From Macrostomum lignano (taxonomy: Eukaryota), in contig NIVC01002120.1 in assembly GCA_002269645.1 (NCBI GenBank), positions 35,922 through 99,921 of the forward strand: DNA of 64,000 nt, read 5' to 3'. Shown here piece after piece: positions 1 to 12,535 of the stretch. The translations under genes and the position numbers were made by a program. Positions within the stretch are counted from its first letter, which is position 1. Every line of letters begins with the position of its first letter. The notes under the pieces are model-generated. The model saw only the letters and a program-made list of their open reading frames with translations. It was not told the DNA's origin and searched no databases.

Positions 1-2
1 GG

Positions 3-935
3 CAGCCTCAGATTTTCTGGAAGCGGAGGGGGCGGCGCGTTGACAATGGCGGCGAAGAACTCGCGCAGCTCGTTCCTGCGCTCATCCGGAATGTCGCCTG
101 CTTGGTTGAGCGCGATGCGCCGCTTTCGCCCCGTCAGAGTGTTGATGACGGACCAGGCCACGCGCCCTCTGGCATCGGGCCCTGCGGCAGAGACGGCTTG
201 GATGGCGTCATCGACAGCGGACTGCTGCCGCTGCAGGTAGACAGCCGCCAGAGCCTCCTCCGCCTCGCGAGTTTGCCGCCCACTCAGACGGAGCCTCTCC
301 AGATCTTCCCTCGCTTCGTCGATCGCGGGGTCGTCCTGCCAGACCGGCTGCCCGCGCTGGGCCGGTCGCATCAGCGGGACTGCTTGCTCCGCAGCGGCTC
401 GAACTGCAGCGCTCACCTCCGCGTACTCGGCTCCTCCACGCTTGTCGCCCAGCGCAGTGAAAAAGACACCGGCAAAGCGACGCCGCGTCTCGGCGTCCCT
501 GAGCGCGCGGTAGTAGCGCCGCGGTGGCCGCTTTGGCGGACGGTAGAGCGGGTCCCGAAGCCGAAGGTCGCAGATGAGCAGCCGATGGTCGGACAGCAGA
601 GCCAGCGGCGTAATGGTGCGGCAGTTGGTGACGCGGCGGCACTCACGAAAGCGCATAAGCACGTGGTCGAGCTGTGCCAGCCTCCGCGTAGCGTTCCGGC
701 CGCGTGCGTTCCGCCGCCTCTGCTTGCAGCCGACGAAGGTCGCGAGCCTGCCCGGTGACTTGCGGAATCTGGTGTTGGCCGACACCATGTCCTCTCTCTC
801 CAGGAAGTCCTCTAGCGCTCCGGTGTTGCCGTTCTCGCGAGCTGTCACAAACAGCGATCGCTCGGACCTACGCAGAACTGCGTTCAGGTCTCCGAGAATG
901 ACCACTGTGTCACGTTGCGCCATCTCCTCCACCTG
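3..935 (-). mobile_element. Non-LTR retrotransposon (LINE) fragment: C-terminal half of AP-endonuclease domain plus linker, 5'-truncated, runs off left edge
   Basis: Open minus frame not in the ORF track: QVEEMAQRDTVVILGDLNAV...RLAQLDHVLMR...LLSDHRLLICDL...AIVNAPPPPLPENLRL. GDLN, LDH and SDH match the APE GDxN, D-Y/H and SDH motifs. Confidence 0.8.
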
Positions 936-1615
936 TACTCGAATATCAATATGAATTTTGGAATCACATGTATTTTAAATGGAACACATCGAAAATCGCT
1001 CCTGCTCAGAGCCAAAGTTACATATCGAGCTGAAACTTGACCAATAGTCGTTTCACGGTTGCAGTTTACTCTGTGTAAAGTTTTGTCAAGATCAGTGAAG
1101 CAGAAGTACCTGTACTCGAATATCAATATGAATTTTGGAATCACATGTATTTTAAATGGAACACATCGAAAATCGCTCCTGCTCAGAGCCAAAGTTACAT
1201 ATCGAGCTGAAACTTGACCAATAGTCGTTTCACGGTTGCAGTTTACTCTGTGTAAAGTTTCGTCAAGATCAGTGAAGCAGAAGTACCTGTACTCGAATAT
1301 CAATACGAATTTTGGAATCACATGTATTTTAAATGGAACACATCGAAAATCGCTCCTGCTCAGAGCCAAAGTTACATATCGAGCTGAAACTTGACCAATA
1401 GTCGTTTCACGGTTGCAGTTTACTCTGTGTAAAGTTTCGTCAAGATCAGTGAAGCAGAAGTACCTGTACTCGAATATCAATACGAATTTTGGAATCACAT
1501 GTATTTTAAATGGAACACATCGAAAATCGCTCCTGCTCAGAGCCAAAGTTACATATCGAGCTGAAACTTGACCAATAGTCGTTTCGCGGTTGCAGTTTAC
1601 TCTGTGTAAAGTTTC
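931..1615. repeat. 177-bp tandem repeat, ~3.9 copies
   Basis: tgtactcgaatatcaa recurs at 934, 1111, 1288, 1465. Explains the 59-aa periodic ORF 884..1546. Confidence 0.95.
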
Positions 1616-2904
1616 ATGCTACGGGTTGCTTTTAGTATTTTGCTTTTGTTAAAATTCGAATATCAATGCGAATATCAATGGGGAAACAAATGCGTATTTC
1701 CTGTACTTTAGGAATATGGCTTCAATTTTCTATGCGGGTAGTTAACATAAAAAACACTATTTAGTATTTACCAAGGAAGGCAATGAAATGATACCTACAT
1801 TAGATTACTATTTTCAATAGTCTTGTATTCTTATCCTTTAGTCAGTATATTCTACTAAGTATATCAAGTATGTTATTTGCAAAAGGCAAGCTAGTGGAAA
1901 TTTATTAAATTATCAATTAAATAGGCCTAGTTTCAAAAGGTAGATCAGTAAAATCACCATTTTAAGTCAATGACTCAATGGCTACTATGATTTTATTTTC
2001 TAATATCTCAGCGTCAGCTGTAACATCCTGGTTGTAACAAATTTGTCTCCCAATGGTTCAAATGGAAATTTAAAGTTTAGGCCTAGTTCTTATTTTTTAG
2101 CTCTATCTTTAAAAATGCATTCAATAAAAGGGATCTTTATACTTCTTTGTTAAAGTTTCAACAAAGACAAAGCCAAAGGCTAAAAGTAATGAATAGTAGT
2201 AGTAGTTTGCCAACCATTTTTGAGTATATTTTGAGTGAATCTTAGCTAATAAGTTAAATGAAAATGCTATAAAACCTTTGTCCTTATTTTTTGATTTCAA
2301 ATAAATCATAAATAATAAATTGGCTTTTTGTATAAATAGGCCTACACCTAATTCCCATAGTCCATTTCACACTTAGAGTTATGCCAGAAGGAAACTGATG
2401 AAATTTCATCATTCATGTTAGACTTAGTCTATGTATTATGTATTAATTAGGTCTATATATTAGTAATAATTAGGTCTATATAATATAGCTATATGGGCCT
2501 ATTATGTCTGAGGTATTAAGTCTAAGGCGCATGACCAAGATGGCCACACACCAAGATGGCCACAGCTCTGAATGGCTGCTTGGATAGGAATAGGTCTATA
2601 TATTTCCTCATTTCCTATTGGCTGTGATTGGGGTGGGGTATGACATAGCTTCAAGTCTTGGAGAAAACAGATTTCGTTGGTGAAATTAGACTAAGTAAAA
2701 CAAAAAACACTTCCCTTTACAGCAGGTATTACTACGTACTAAAGCTAGTAGCACTACTAGCACAAGACATTTAATTTTTGTATCATAGATAATAGTTTCA
2801 AACCTATCTCAATATACTAAAACTGACATGTTTTTTGTATATGTTAAAAGTTAAAGGTAGAGTGTAAAGGTATTAGTTATGATAGAAGTAAGCAAAAATT
2901 GGAG

Positions 2905-3515
2905 TGCCCTCTTGTCTCTCATCTTTTCTCTCATCTCTGCACTCTCGTCTCTTATCTTTTCTCTCTCTCTCTCATCTCTGCCCTCTCCTCTCTCATCTCT
3001 TGCCCTCTCTTCTCTCATCTATTCTCTCTCATGTCTGCCCTTGTCTCTCATCTTTTCTCTGTCATCTCAGCCCTCTCGTCTCTAATCTTTTCTCTCTCTC
3101 TCTCTCTCATCTCTGCCCTCTCCTCTCTCATCTCTTGCCCTCTCCTCTCTCATCTATTCTCTCTCTCATGTCTGCCCTCTTCTCTCATCTTTTCTCTCTC
3201 ATGTCTGCCCTCTCCTCTCATCTTTTCTCTCTCTCATCTCTGCCCTCTCCTCTCTCCTCTCCCCACCTCTCTCCTCTCCTCTCTCCTCTCCTCTCTCCTC
3301 TCCTCTCTCCTCACCTCTTTGCTCTCATCTTCCTTTTCCTCTTTATTCTCTTCTCCTTTTCCTCCTTTCTCCTCTCCATTAATCTCCCTTCTCCTCTCTC
3401 TCCGCTCGTATTTAATCTCTCTTCTCATCAACTCTCTTCTCCTTTATTCCTTTGCCTCTCCTTTATCCTATGCTTGTATTTCTCTTCTCTATTCCTTACC
3501 CTCTCTCCTCATCTC
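2905..3515. repeat. CT-rich low-complexity tract (another at ~4130-4285)
   Basis: Degenerate ctctcatct/ctctc runs; source of Leu/Ser-rich spurious ORFs. Confidence 0.9.
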
Positions 3516-3705
3516 TGGCCCGCTCTGTCATCAGGACTCCTCGCTTCGCTTTGGGGGCCAACGAAGCGGACTAGAAGGGCAGTCATGAGCTGGGTTCTCA
3601 ATCGAGGTAAAAAGTTTGCCAACCCCTGCACTAAAAGCACGTGGCTTAGTCACATTAGATAAAAACTACATGTATAGTGGAATGGGATTGAGAACAACGT
3701 GAACT

Positions 3706-4005
3706 AGCCTCTCTACTCTCAACCTCTCTACTCTCAGCCTCTATCTACTCTCAACCTCTCTATTCTCAGCCTCTCCACTCTCAGCCTCTTTCTACTCTCA
3801 GCCTCTATCCACTCTCAACCTCTATCCCCAGCCCCTCTCTACTCTCAGCCCCTCTCGGCTCTCAGCCCCTCTCTGCTCTCAGCCTCTCTCTACTCTCAGC
3901 CCCTCTCTGCTCTCAGCCCCTCTCTACTCTCAGCCCCTCTCTGCTCTCAGCCCCTCTCTGCTCTCAGCCTCTCTCTACTCTCAGCCTCTACTTTCATCTT
4001 CTCTC
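3706..4005. repeat. ~20-bp minisatellite (tactctcagcccctctctgc-like)
   Basis: ctctcagcc core repeated about 14 times. Confidence 0.85.
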
Positions 4006-4339
4006 TCAGCTCAGCTTATATCTAGTTCTAAAATCTGAAATCATACTCGAACAAAAACTTGTCTTTCGAAAACATGTATCGGCAAAATCTCTGGCCTGCT
4101 GTCTCTCTATGTCCCTCAGATCCTTTGAAACTTCTATCTTCTCTTTTGTTTCCTCTCTCTCTCTCTTCTCTCTCTCTCTTCTCTTCTCTTCTTTCCTATC
4201 TCCTCTCTCCCATCTTCTCTCGTCGATCTTCCCTCACCTCTCTTCTCTTTCATCTTTGCTCTCTCTTCTCATTTATCTCTGGTCTCCACTCTCTCCCCTT
4301 AGGAAAGAAGAAAAGATAGGAAAGATAGATAGCAAACAT

Positions 4340-4560
4340 AGGAAAGAAGCCTATGTTTGAAAAAGTGCCCGACTTGTACCAGCTGAGGCCAGCTAGAAGG
4401 CAACGTGGGAGAGATATTGTTGTAGAGTATCCAATCAAGAATGTGCCCACCCACCTTCTGGTAGATGGGGGCAGTGCGCTGTCTTTGCTAAGAGCCAGAC
4501 TATTCTAAAAAAATCACTGGAAGGAGCATGGAGGCCTTGGAGCCCCCATGTGTGAAGGCC
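4340..4560 (+). pseudogene. Possible decayed LTR-retrotransposon aspartic protease fragment
   Basis: Frame reads ..IVVEYPIKNVPTHLLVDGGSALSLLRARLF*, like retropepsin LVDTGSxxSLI with DTG>DGG (gat at 4464). Confidence 0.3.
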
Positions 4561-5039
4561 GTGTCATGTCATTAAAGATTATAGGACTGAGAAAATTTAT
4601 TTATTAGGAGTTAGTCTCCCGTTTGACCCCCGCTGAGTGGCAGAATGGTAGTCAGCCTGTGATTGCTTAATCCCCTCCCAATTAGTGTATTGAAAGTTTG
4701 CTCGTGTTGCCCCGTTGGATACCGCTTTTCGCTTATTTACGTGCGCTTTCCATTATATTCAAACTATGTTGTGACTCCGTGCTCATGTGGCGATGTTTAA
4801 ATATCTAGGATTTGAGCTCGAACTTTGAACTCAAATTTGAGCTCGTACGGTATGTGTTTATTCCCTATAAGTCAATAATATCTTGGAAACCGGAAAAATT
4901 TCTATGGGTCTGCCCCGCAGGAGGTCCTGCCCTGCTGTTTAAAATTTTGTAGGAACAATGGAAGTCTGGGACTGTTAAAATTAGCACATCGCAGTTTGAT
5001 TTCTCGTGTTTGTTCGCACCTCGTAGGTCAGTGCGAAAT

Positions 5040-5570
5040 TCTCTATTCTATCTCCTCTATCATCTCGACCCTCTCTCCTATTATTTATTTCCTGTCTTAA
5101 CTCCTCTCTCTCATCTCTCATCTGTACTCTCCTTTAACATCTCTGCTCTTTTTTCCCAACTCTCCCAACTCTTCTCTCAACTTTCTCCCCTTTACTCTTT
5201 CACCTCCCCTCTCTACTCTCTCCTCCCTCTCATCTCTCATCTCTCCTGCTCTCCCATATCTCTTCTCCTTTCTACTTTCTCCCTTCTCCATTCTTCTTTT
5301 TCCTCTTATCTCTCTTCTCTCCCTTCCCCTCTCTTCCTGTCCTCTCGATTCTCCCCCTTTATTCTCCTTTCTCCTTCACTCCACTTCTCTTCCATTGTCT
5401 CTCATGTCTGCTCTCACACATTTCTCTTCTCTCCCCACTCGTCTCTATAATCTCTTCCCTCTCCTCTCTCCTCTGTTCTAGCTCTACTGTCGCATTTCTC
5501 GTCTCTGCTTTCTCATCTCTCCTTTCTCCTCTTTCATCTCTCCTATCTGATCTCTTCTCTCTTCTGTTTG
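5040..5570. repeat. CT-rich low-complexity tract
   Basis: Almost pure pyrimidine on the + strand. Confidence 0.9.
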
Positions 5571-6482
5571 TATCAGACTTGTATCTGTACATGTATTTAG
5601 AGGTTCGGCTTATTTTGACGAGATTTCAGAATTGTTAGACTTTGATTGAAGCCTTGCGTTTCTTGGGTATCAGTACTTGCTGAAAAATACATGCATCTCA
5701 TATCTGTGCAAATTTGCCACAGTGCATAAAGAGTACAAATGATATTTACATAAATAAATCTGAGGCTTCATGCTAAGTGCTGTATGCAAAGTCACTATAT
5801 TGAGTTATTTATTTATAGCCAAATTGTTATTATGGTTACCAACCATAGCAGTTGGCTAAAAATGTTAAAACTGAAAAAAGATTGCAACGAAAAATAACGA
5901 TATGGCTGATTTGAGGTGAGCTGTTTTATATAGATAGATTTTTATCTCCACGCAAGCCAGTCAGTTATTTAGACTGTATTTATGACTTCCAATCGTATCG
6001 TATCAGTACAGGCCACAATTGAAAAAAATGTTGCTCTAGGGTTGGCTTGAGTGTAACGATCCGTGAGGCATCACCACCACTAGAGGAGCAGTGTGAGGAC
6101 TGTTTGACCATAAATTAACTCTGCTCATTCAAGCTTGAATTGACAGCAACCCTGCCTACCTTTGTATTCAACTCAAACAACAGAATACGGCTCGTATGTG
6201 AACTCAATACAAGTGGAAATCAAAAATAAAAAACTGCATCAGTTGCCACCCATTCACGATATTTCATATTATTTCTTGATACCAACGGATTGACAGCAGT
6301 TTGTAGCAATGAATAAATTGTTTTTCTATGAAATCTTTCATCAGGCCTGTTTTGCGAACGTGGGTGCAAAAGGTATCTCATATCTGCATTTTAATAGCTT
6401 GTATACGTAGCTCATATAATATCAGGCATAATGATGGGGATGATGGGATGATGATGAATTACGGAGGCAGAAGTGCACTGAG

Positions 6483-7457
6483 TCACACAAACATGCAGTG
6501 ACTAGCCCAAGTAAAGGCTTCTTGCTCTGTAAGTGCGACGCAATGAACCCCCCATCCCAAATTTGAGCGTAAAACAAAGTGTAATATCTGGCAAGAAATG
6601 TGCACGGTGATTCTTAAATATGCTCCAGGGCTATATTGGGTGCAGCAACTAAGTAAGTGCAGATTTTTTGGCTTTTTTAACTCGTTATGATCTGAAATGG
6701 CAATAAGGTACGGGTGGCATGGATAGATGACATGAAACAACATGCGCTTTGCTCCCTCCTTTACCTCCTTTGCTGCCTTTCTCTTCTGAGCTGGCCGATC
6801 AACTGGATCGCACGTGTGCGGAGCAAGGGCTTCTATGGTTCCATCAGCACGGCAGACTGCGGAGCCATGACAGTGCAGTGATAAACACTTAGTGCAGCGA
6901 TAGTACGTGTTGCCATTTCGCCGCGTTTTTGCATCCATCAGATGGCCAAGGTCTCGTTGGGCATACTGCACTAGAAGGTCTTTTCCGTGACTGCATCCTG
7001 CACCTGTAAGAATCTCAAAGGGCTGGGGAGGTGGGCTGCGGGGCAGTGCAAGCTCTGCTGGAGGAATTTGAATGGATTCTTCCAGAGCTGGATCAGGGTC
7101 ATTGAAATCTGGATACTGGTAAAGAAAATTTTCTGCTTGTGCCGGAATCAATTGCACTGGTTCTGGATTTTCAGCAGGCAGAGAAACAGCCGCTGGTCCA
7201 GAATTCGGGGCTTGTACATGTACCACTGCAGCATCTGCAGCTTGAGACACTGCTAAGTTACCTGCAGGAGCCCGTCTATTGCATTGATTGCAAAGCCAGA
7301 AAAACTCACCAACATTTCTCATTGCAGAATACTGATCGATTGTGACGCGACTATCACATGCATGGTGCTGCCAATTCAAGCATTGAGAACACTCAATTGC
7401 TTCTTGTCCATCGCAAACTGGCTGCAGACAGACCACACATGGATATGCGCCTGCCAT
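6483..7457 (-). CDS. Transposon protein: N-terminal PHD finger plus FLYWCH-like zinc finger (MULE transposase N-terminus); no DDE core seen
   Basis: CVVC..D..AIECSQCLNWQHHAC..FWLCNQC is C4HC3 with the conserved W. GKDLL..NGNTYYRCTKC..CHGSA..HTCDP resembles FLYWCH. The last ~80 aa look unrelated (truncated or spliced). Confidence 0.7.
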   Translation of the reverse strand: MAGAYPCVVCLQPVCDGQEAIECSQCLNWQHHACDSRVTIDQYSAMRNVGEFFWLCNQCNRRAPAGNLAVSQAADAAVVHVQAPNSGPAAVSLPAENPEPVQLIPAQAENFLYQYPDFNDPDPALEESIQIPPAELALPRSPPPQPFEILTGAGCSHGKDLLVQYAQRDLGHLMDAKTRRNGNTYYRCTKCLSLHCHGSAVCRADGTIEALAPHTCDPVDRPAQKRKAAKEVKEGAKRMLFHVIYPCHPYLIAISDHNELKKPKNLHLLSCCTQYSPGAYLRITVHISCQILHFVLRSNLGWGVHCVALTEQEAFTWASHCMFV

Positions 7458-9769
7458 TTTGTATCTAAGTGCTTAGACTGCTGTCAGTGAATGAGACAGA
7501 TGAATTTTGAACAGGGCATGAAATTTACCCAGTTTTTATCCCTTTAAACAAGTAAATTAGTCTCGACCAATAAGAGAAATGGAAAAAAGCTACACCAGAT
7601 TTTATATGAAGAAGAGATTTGTTTAATGCAAAATACGTTTATACCTCTTAGGGCCCTACTATAAGTAGGAAATTAAGACTCGTGACCATTTTTGTCTTTA
7701 GCCCTGCAATATGCTAATAAAATCTTGACTGCCTGTCTAAACCCCCCCATTGCAACCCCACATCTCCCCACCCGAAGCTATCCAATAGTAAACCAGCTGT
7801 CATTTTCCGTGACCCCCACCCCAGCTGTGGCCATCTTGGTGTGTGGCCATCTTGGTCTTACACCAAGTCTAAGCATTAAGTCTAGGTATAATGCCTAGAC
7901 TAGGAATAGGGATATGGGGCAGTTTATGCAAATATTTATCATATTTCCTGTAGGCCTATACTCAAAATCTCACTGCTGAGTTACCAAAGTTATGTTAGGG
8001 GTTAACTACTATCTCTACAAATAATTCCAAAATGTCACCAAAGTTATCACAGGGCTTAATTTCTATCTTTATAAATGTTGGTAGCTGCTACCAAGACTAT
8101 ATTCCATTAATAAATTATATGTTTATTAATCTTAGAATGTCTGAAAAATGTTTCTTAGAATAAGTCTAAGTATATATCTGAGCATTTGTTTAAGTATATT
8201 TGAGAATTTGTTTGAGTATATTGTTCTTAGAATACTATTTAGCCCTTACAAGTATTATTCTCCTATTATTCCAGTAGCCTTTTCTATTATTCTAATAGCA
8301 TTCTATTAGTAATTCAGCCTAAGCAGTATATTAGTCTACTAGTATATATACTTTATGTATTTCTAGTATTTCTAGTCCAGAGTGTTACCAAGATCAGAGG
8401 GTCATAGCCTCTAGTTATTCTTACATGTATTCATTTAGGATCTACTTTGAATTCTCTTACTACTTCCACTTCTCAGTATAGTATATATTGAATATACTTC
8501 TGTCTACTTTACTTCACTTTAGAAAATAAATCAACTTAGAAAACAATCTTTAATAACCTTTACTTGGAACTCTTACTATTCAATATTGGCTTTATTTCTT
8601 AAGGAACTGCAAAGCACAAGGTTGGTCTCTCCTCCATTGTTGTGAGACTATACGAATATGTTTCCAGTACAGTATAAAGTTAGTATAAAATAATGTTTAC
8701 TAATGTAGCTTCTTCTGGAAACTTCTGCACTCTCCCCCTAGCTATACTAAGAATAGCATTCTAGAAACTTCTCTCGCACATCCCCAAGGCTATAAATCGA
8801 AATACCCATACTGTACTAAAACCAAGACTATGGCTCTCTCTTCTTTGCGTCCTAATCCCTTACTGCTACAAATATACTCTTCCTTGTTGCCAAGCATTCT
8901 GTCGGCCTGGTTAATCAGCAATTAATTCGAGGTCTCTGTTCATTCTATTACCAGAGATACAAAATCCACCAAAAATGTTTTTATTCATACTAAAATTTAC
9001 TGCTAGTTTAAACAAAAATTAGTTTGCATAAAATATTATGAAGAATATATGTATTATAAAAAATATGTTTTTCTAGATTTGGCATGCATTCAAAATAATT
9101 TATACTAATATCAATTTTGTAAAAGAATCAAGAGGTGCCCTACACAAACTTTTTAAATATATAAGTTAAAAAAATATATAAAAATTTTGCATTATAGTAT
9201 AATTTCTAGATTTGAAACTTCATTTTAACTTTATATAAATAATAAAATTTTATAGTTATTTAACTTTTCTATTTTATTCAAATATGAAATATGTTACACA
9301 ATTTTTTATATGGCAAAAGATCATATAGTTATTTTTTATGTTAGCCATTTATTCCAATCCATTTTTAACCAAATCGTATGCCAGGGATTTATGCCAAGGC
9401 TTTTTTTCTCAATTTATACTAGTCATTTTCTGGTACAATTGTAATGAAATAGACAGGGTCTAATTCTTAAAGAACAAAAATTTTTGTTATCTTTAAAAGT
9501 GTAATCTAGAGATTTTCTAAGTATGAGTTTCTTGTGGAATGACCCTGGCATTTGCTCATTATGTGGTTAAAATAAGACAGGTTAATGTTAAGAAGAATAT
9601 TTTTATATAATATAAATGGCAACAAAAAGACTAAAAGATTGACAATAAGATAGCATGAAACAAGATCAAAGATAGGAGATAGGCTTAGACCTTTAAAGGA
9701 ATTAGCAATATTACTAGCTATCAAAAATGCAAAGTGACATGATTATAATATAGATTAGCTAACCTCAGG

Positions 9770-10800
9770 ATGTATAACCTAGTATGATATACTTTTTCTA
9801 CAACCAACAGCTTCTACTACAGCTGTGGCACACCAGAGTCCATTACCAAAACAACATTTCTAACCTTGATTACATGATCAAACATTTGGCTTTCCTTCCT
9901 TGCCAAATGCTTGCACAGGGCTATTTTGTACTTATGAGTATTTAGCATAACTATTCTTACCAGAATTTAGTCAGCAACTGCCACACTTAGCTCAGCTACT
10001 CTAGAAGAGGTAGAACTGTTTGGCTCTCTAGATTCACTTCTGGTTCTTTTGTCAGCCAATTAAGAACAAGGAAATGACTTAGCATGATTACTTCTATATG
10101 CACTTTGGACAAGATCAACCCAAGTAGTCTAGAATCAACAACTGCTTCCACTATGCACACAAACTGTTGTCAACTTGTCTAGGGTAAGAAAAGCATTGCA
10201 GACAGTCTTCTTCAAAGTTGACTTCACAACACCAACCAATGGCTCATAGAATTTGCCTATCCATGGTGCTTTTTCTGGGATAAATGACTAGCAGATTCTT
10301 TTGTTGGCTAAGAACTCTTGAGCTTCTGTGGTTTGAAAGGGATCCATTTGGGCATCTAGTAGCCACCCTGTTGAGTGGAAAGTCTAATTTTTTTAGGAAT
10401 TATTGACAGAATCCTGCAATAAGCACAGAAGCAACAAAGACTAAAAAATGATTGAGTAGTCAAATCTGTGGTCACTTCAAGATAGACCGCTTGGGTGCTC
10501 ATGCAAGCAAAAAGTAGGATGTCAGGCTTTTGGCCATCTTCCTCCCCGTAGTAGAGAAGTGGACCATAGTAGCCTAGGCCAATATGCTAGAATGCTCTCA
10601 GCAACTTGACTCTTGACAAGAGCAACTGTGACTGCTAACCAACTTTGTACAGCAAACCCTAGATCTAAAGTGATGTGACAAAGTGGAGGGCACGCTGACA
10701 CTCGGAGAAGCCTCTCTAAAGTTATGAACTTCTGCAAGTCTATCACTTTGTCTATCTAAATATGAGGTTCCAGAGGGCTACCAGCTTCCACAGTTACACA
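9770..10800 (-). mobile_element. Decayed BEL/Pao LTR-retrotransposon integrase and downstream domain
   Basis: Minus-strand translations LFACMSTQAVYLEVTTDLTTQSF, I.*SFIPEKAPWIGKFYEPLVGVVKSTLKKTV, FW*E*L and IKVRNVVLVMDSGVPQL**KL match BEL consensus LFTCxxTRAVHLE, WxFIPxxAPWxGGxYERLV, FWxxW and GDvVLxxDxxxPRxxWxL. Many stops and frameshifts. Confidence 0.8.
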
Positions 10801-11427
10801 ATGAATAGTGGGCTATGAATATAATTTAATTTAAACAAAGTTTATACATAACTGTTTAAATAAATTAACAAAAATATTTATACAACAAAAATAAATTGCA
10901 GGTATACATATACTATAAAATACCTTACACTAAATTTCCAAATTAAACGCGATACACAATTCAGTCTCAACAATACTGTCTCATGCAGGCTATCCCACCA
11001 AGTACCACTAGAGTATTTACAGTCACTCTATCCATCAGTATGTGCCATTAAAGTGATGGTTTGTTACTGTTCTTATCTTTTATGGCTTAAATTTTCAGAA
11101 CTAACTAAGAAGCTTAGTGGGCTATAAATACATAAAATAATATTTAAAAGTTTAACAGACATTAATTAATTACAACTGGTGCTTTAAAATAACTTTGTTT
11201 CAGGGTGCTAAAATATAGCACCTGCGGCACTAAAATGAATGCTTACAATGCCAAAATGAGCACTGACAATACCAATTCTCAAAATAATGTACATATAGAA
11301 ATTTAGTCATGTACATGTAGAGATAACACACTGCTTTCGAGTGAAATCAGTGCATCGACATCATTGGCTAGAATTTTGTTTTTACCATAGAAGCATGCGG
11401 CAATGTACTGTTTTGCTATGGATATGC

Positions 11428-11627
11428 TACCTATCCATCAGCGGGTGAGCTATCTGTCCATCAGCAGGTGAGCTACCTGTCCATCAGTGGGTGAGCTACC
11501 TGTCCATCAGTGGGTGAGCTACCTGTCCATCAGCGGGTGAGCTATCTGTCCATCAGCAGGTGAGCTACCTGTCCATCAGTGGGTGAGCTACCTGTCCATC
11601 AGTGAGTGAGCTACCTATTCATCAGTA
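11428..11627. repeat. 23-bp minisatellite (ccatcagtgggtgagctacctgt), ~8.5 copies
   Basis: Direct reading. Confidence 0.95.
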
Positions 11628-12340
11628 TGTGCCATTTAAGTTGCACACAAAGTTATTAAAAGAAGAAAACAGAAGAATGGAAGGCAAAAGCACTTTCGAG
11701 AATAAACTTGAAAAGAAAACATAATCAACGGACAATGGTAAAAATGTATGTTACACATTGTCAAGAGTGCGGAGTTGGTTGGTTTCTCGAGAGGCCCATC
11801 AGTCGAAAACACTTTCTTTTCTTTTCTGCAGGTCGATCTCGACAGAGTGTCAATAGAAATCTGAATATCCAAATCAGTCACCAGAACTAAGCTGAATGCA
11901 AGAAACTGGCCTCGGGAAACAGCCCAAGTACTCTCCGTCCCTGACGACAATAGAAATTGCGCTCTTTCAACTGCGAGTCCAATTCTGTTCACAAAAGTGC
12001 CATCAGCTAGGAACATACTGAACCTGTACAGTCAACAGAACTGGCTCCTCAATTTGTTACATCGTCGAGCGCAAAACTTAGCAAACAAAAAAATCCTGCC
12101 GCAGCATATAGTTCAACCTGCGCCATGGTAAACTTGCTATCCGATTTTCGAGTCACAAGGCGTGGAAAATCAAAACAGAGCACAAAAGCCAAGTTGCAGT
12201 ATTTACTGTAGATGGATCTCGCGAAACACCTTTTGCCCATTCCATTTGGTGCATTAATGACGCAGATTTTAATAGATGTAGTTTCACAAGATGATCCAGC
12301 AATAGACAAGGTTCTTTCAATATAGTCATCTGAACAGCCG

Positions 12341-12535
12341 ACTCTTCTCTAGCCTTGAGTAACTGCTTTGAGCTGCTCGGCAGACTCTTCTCTAGCCTTG
12401 AGTAACTGCTTTGAGCTGCTCGGCAGACTCTTCTCTAGCCTTGAGTAACTGCTTTGAGCTGCTCGGCAGACTCTTCTCTAGCCTTGAGCAACTGCTTGTA
12501 GCTGCTCGGCAGACTCTTCTCTAGCCTTGAGCAGC
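12341..12535. repeat. 43-bp tandem repeat, ~4.4 copies
   Basis: actcttctctagccttgag recurs at 12341 and 12384 and onward with the same period. Confidence 0.95.

Larger units (their letters stand above)
2526..7864 (-). mobile_element. Mutator-like (MULE) DNA transposon, apparently non-autonomous, with TIRs and 8-9 bp TSD
   Basis: 35-bp perfect inverted repeat 2533-2567 / 7823-7857, extending imperfectly to GG...CC ends (2526, 7864). aagtctaa(g) duplicated at 2518-2525/6 and 7865-7872/3. Internal PHD+FLYWCH-like ORF. Confidence 0.8.

Noticed and set aside
884-1546. 220-aa ORF with three to four 59-aa repeats
   Set aside because: By-product of a 177-bp array whose unit is a multiple of 3; no recognisable domain.
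12049-12309. INAPNGMGKR resembling a Walker A motif of a Helitron helicase
   Set aside because: Lacks GK[ST]; short ORF with a non-ATG start and no other helicase motifs.
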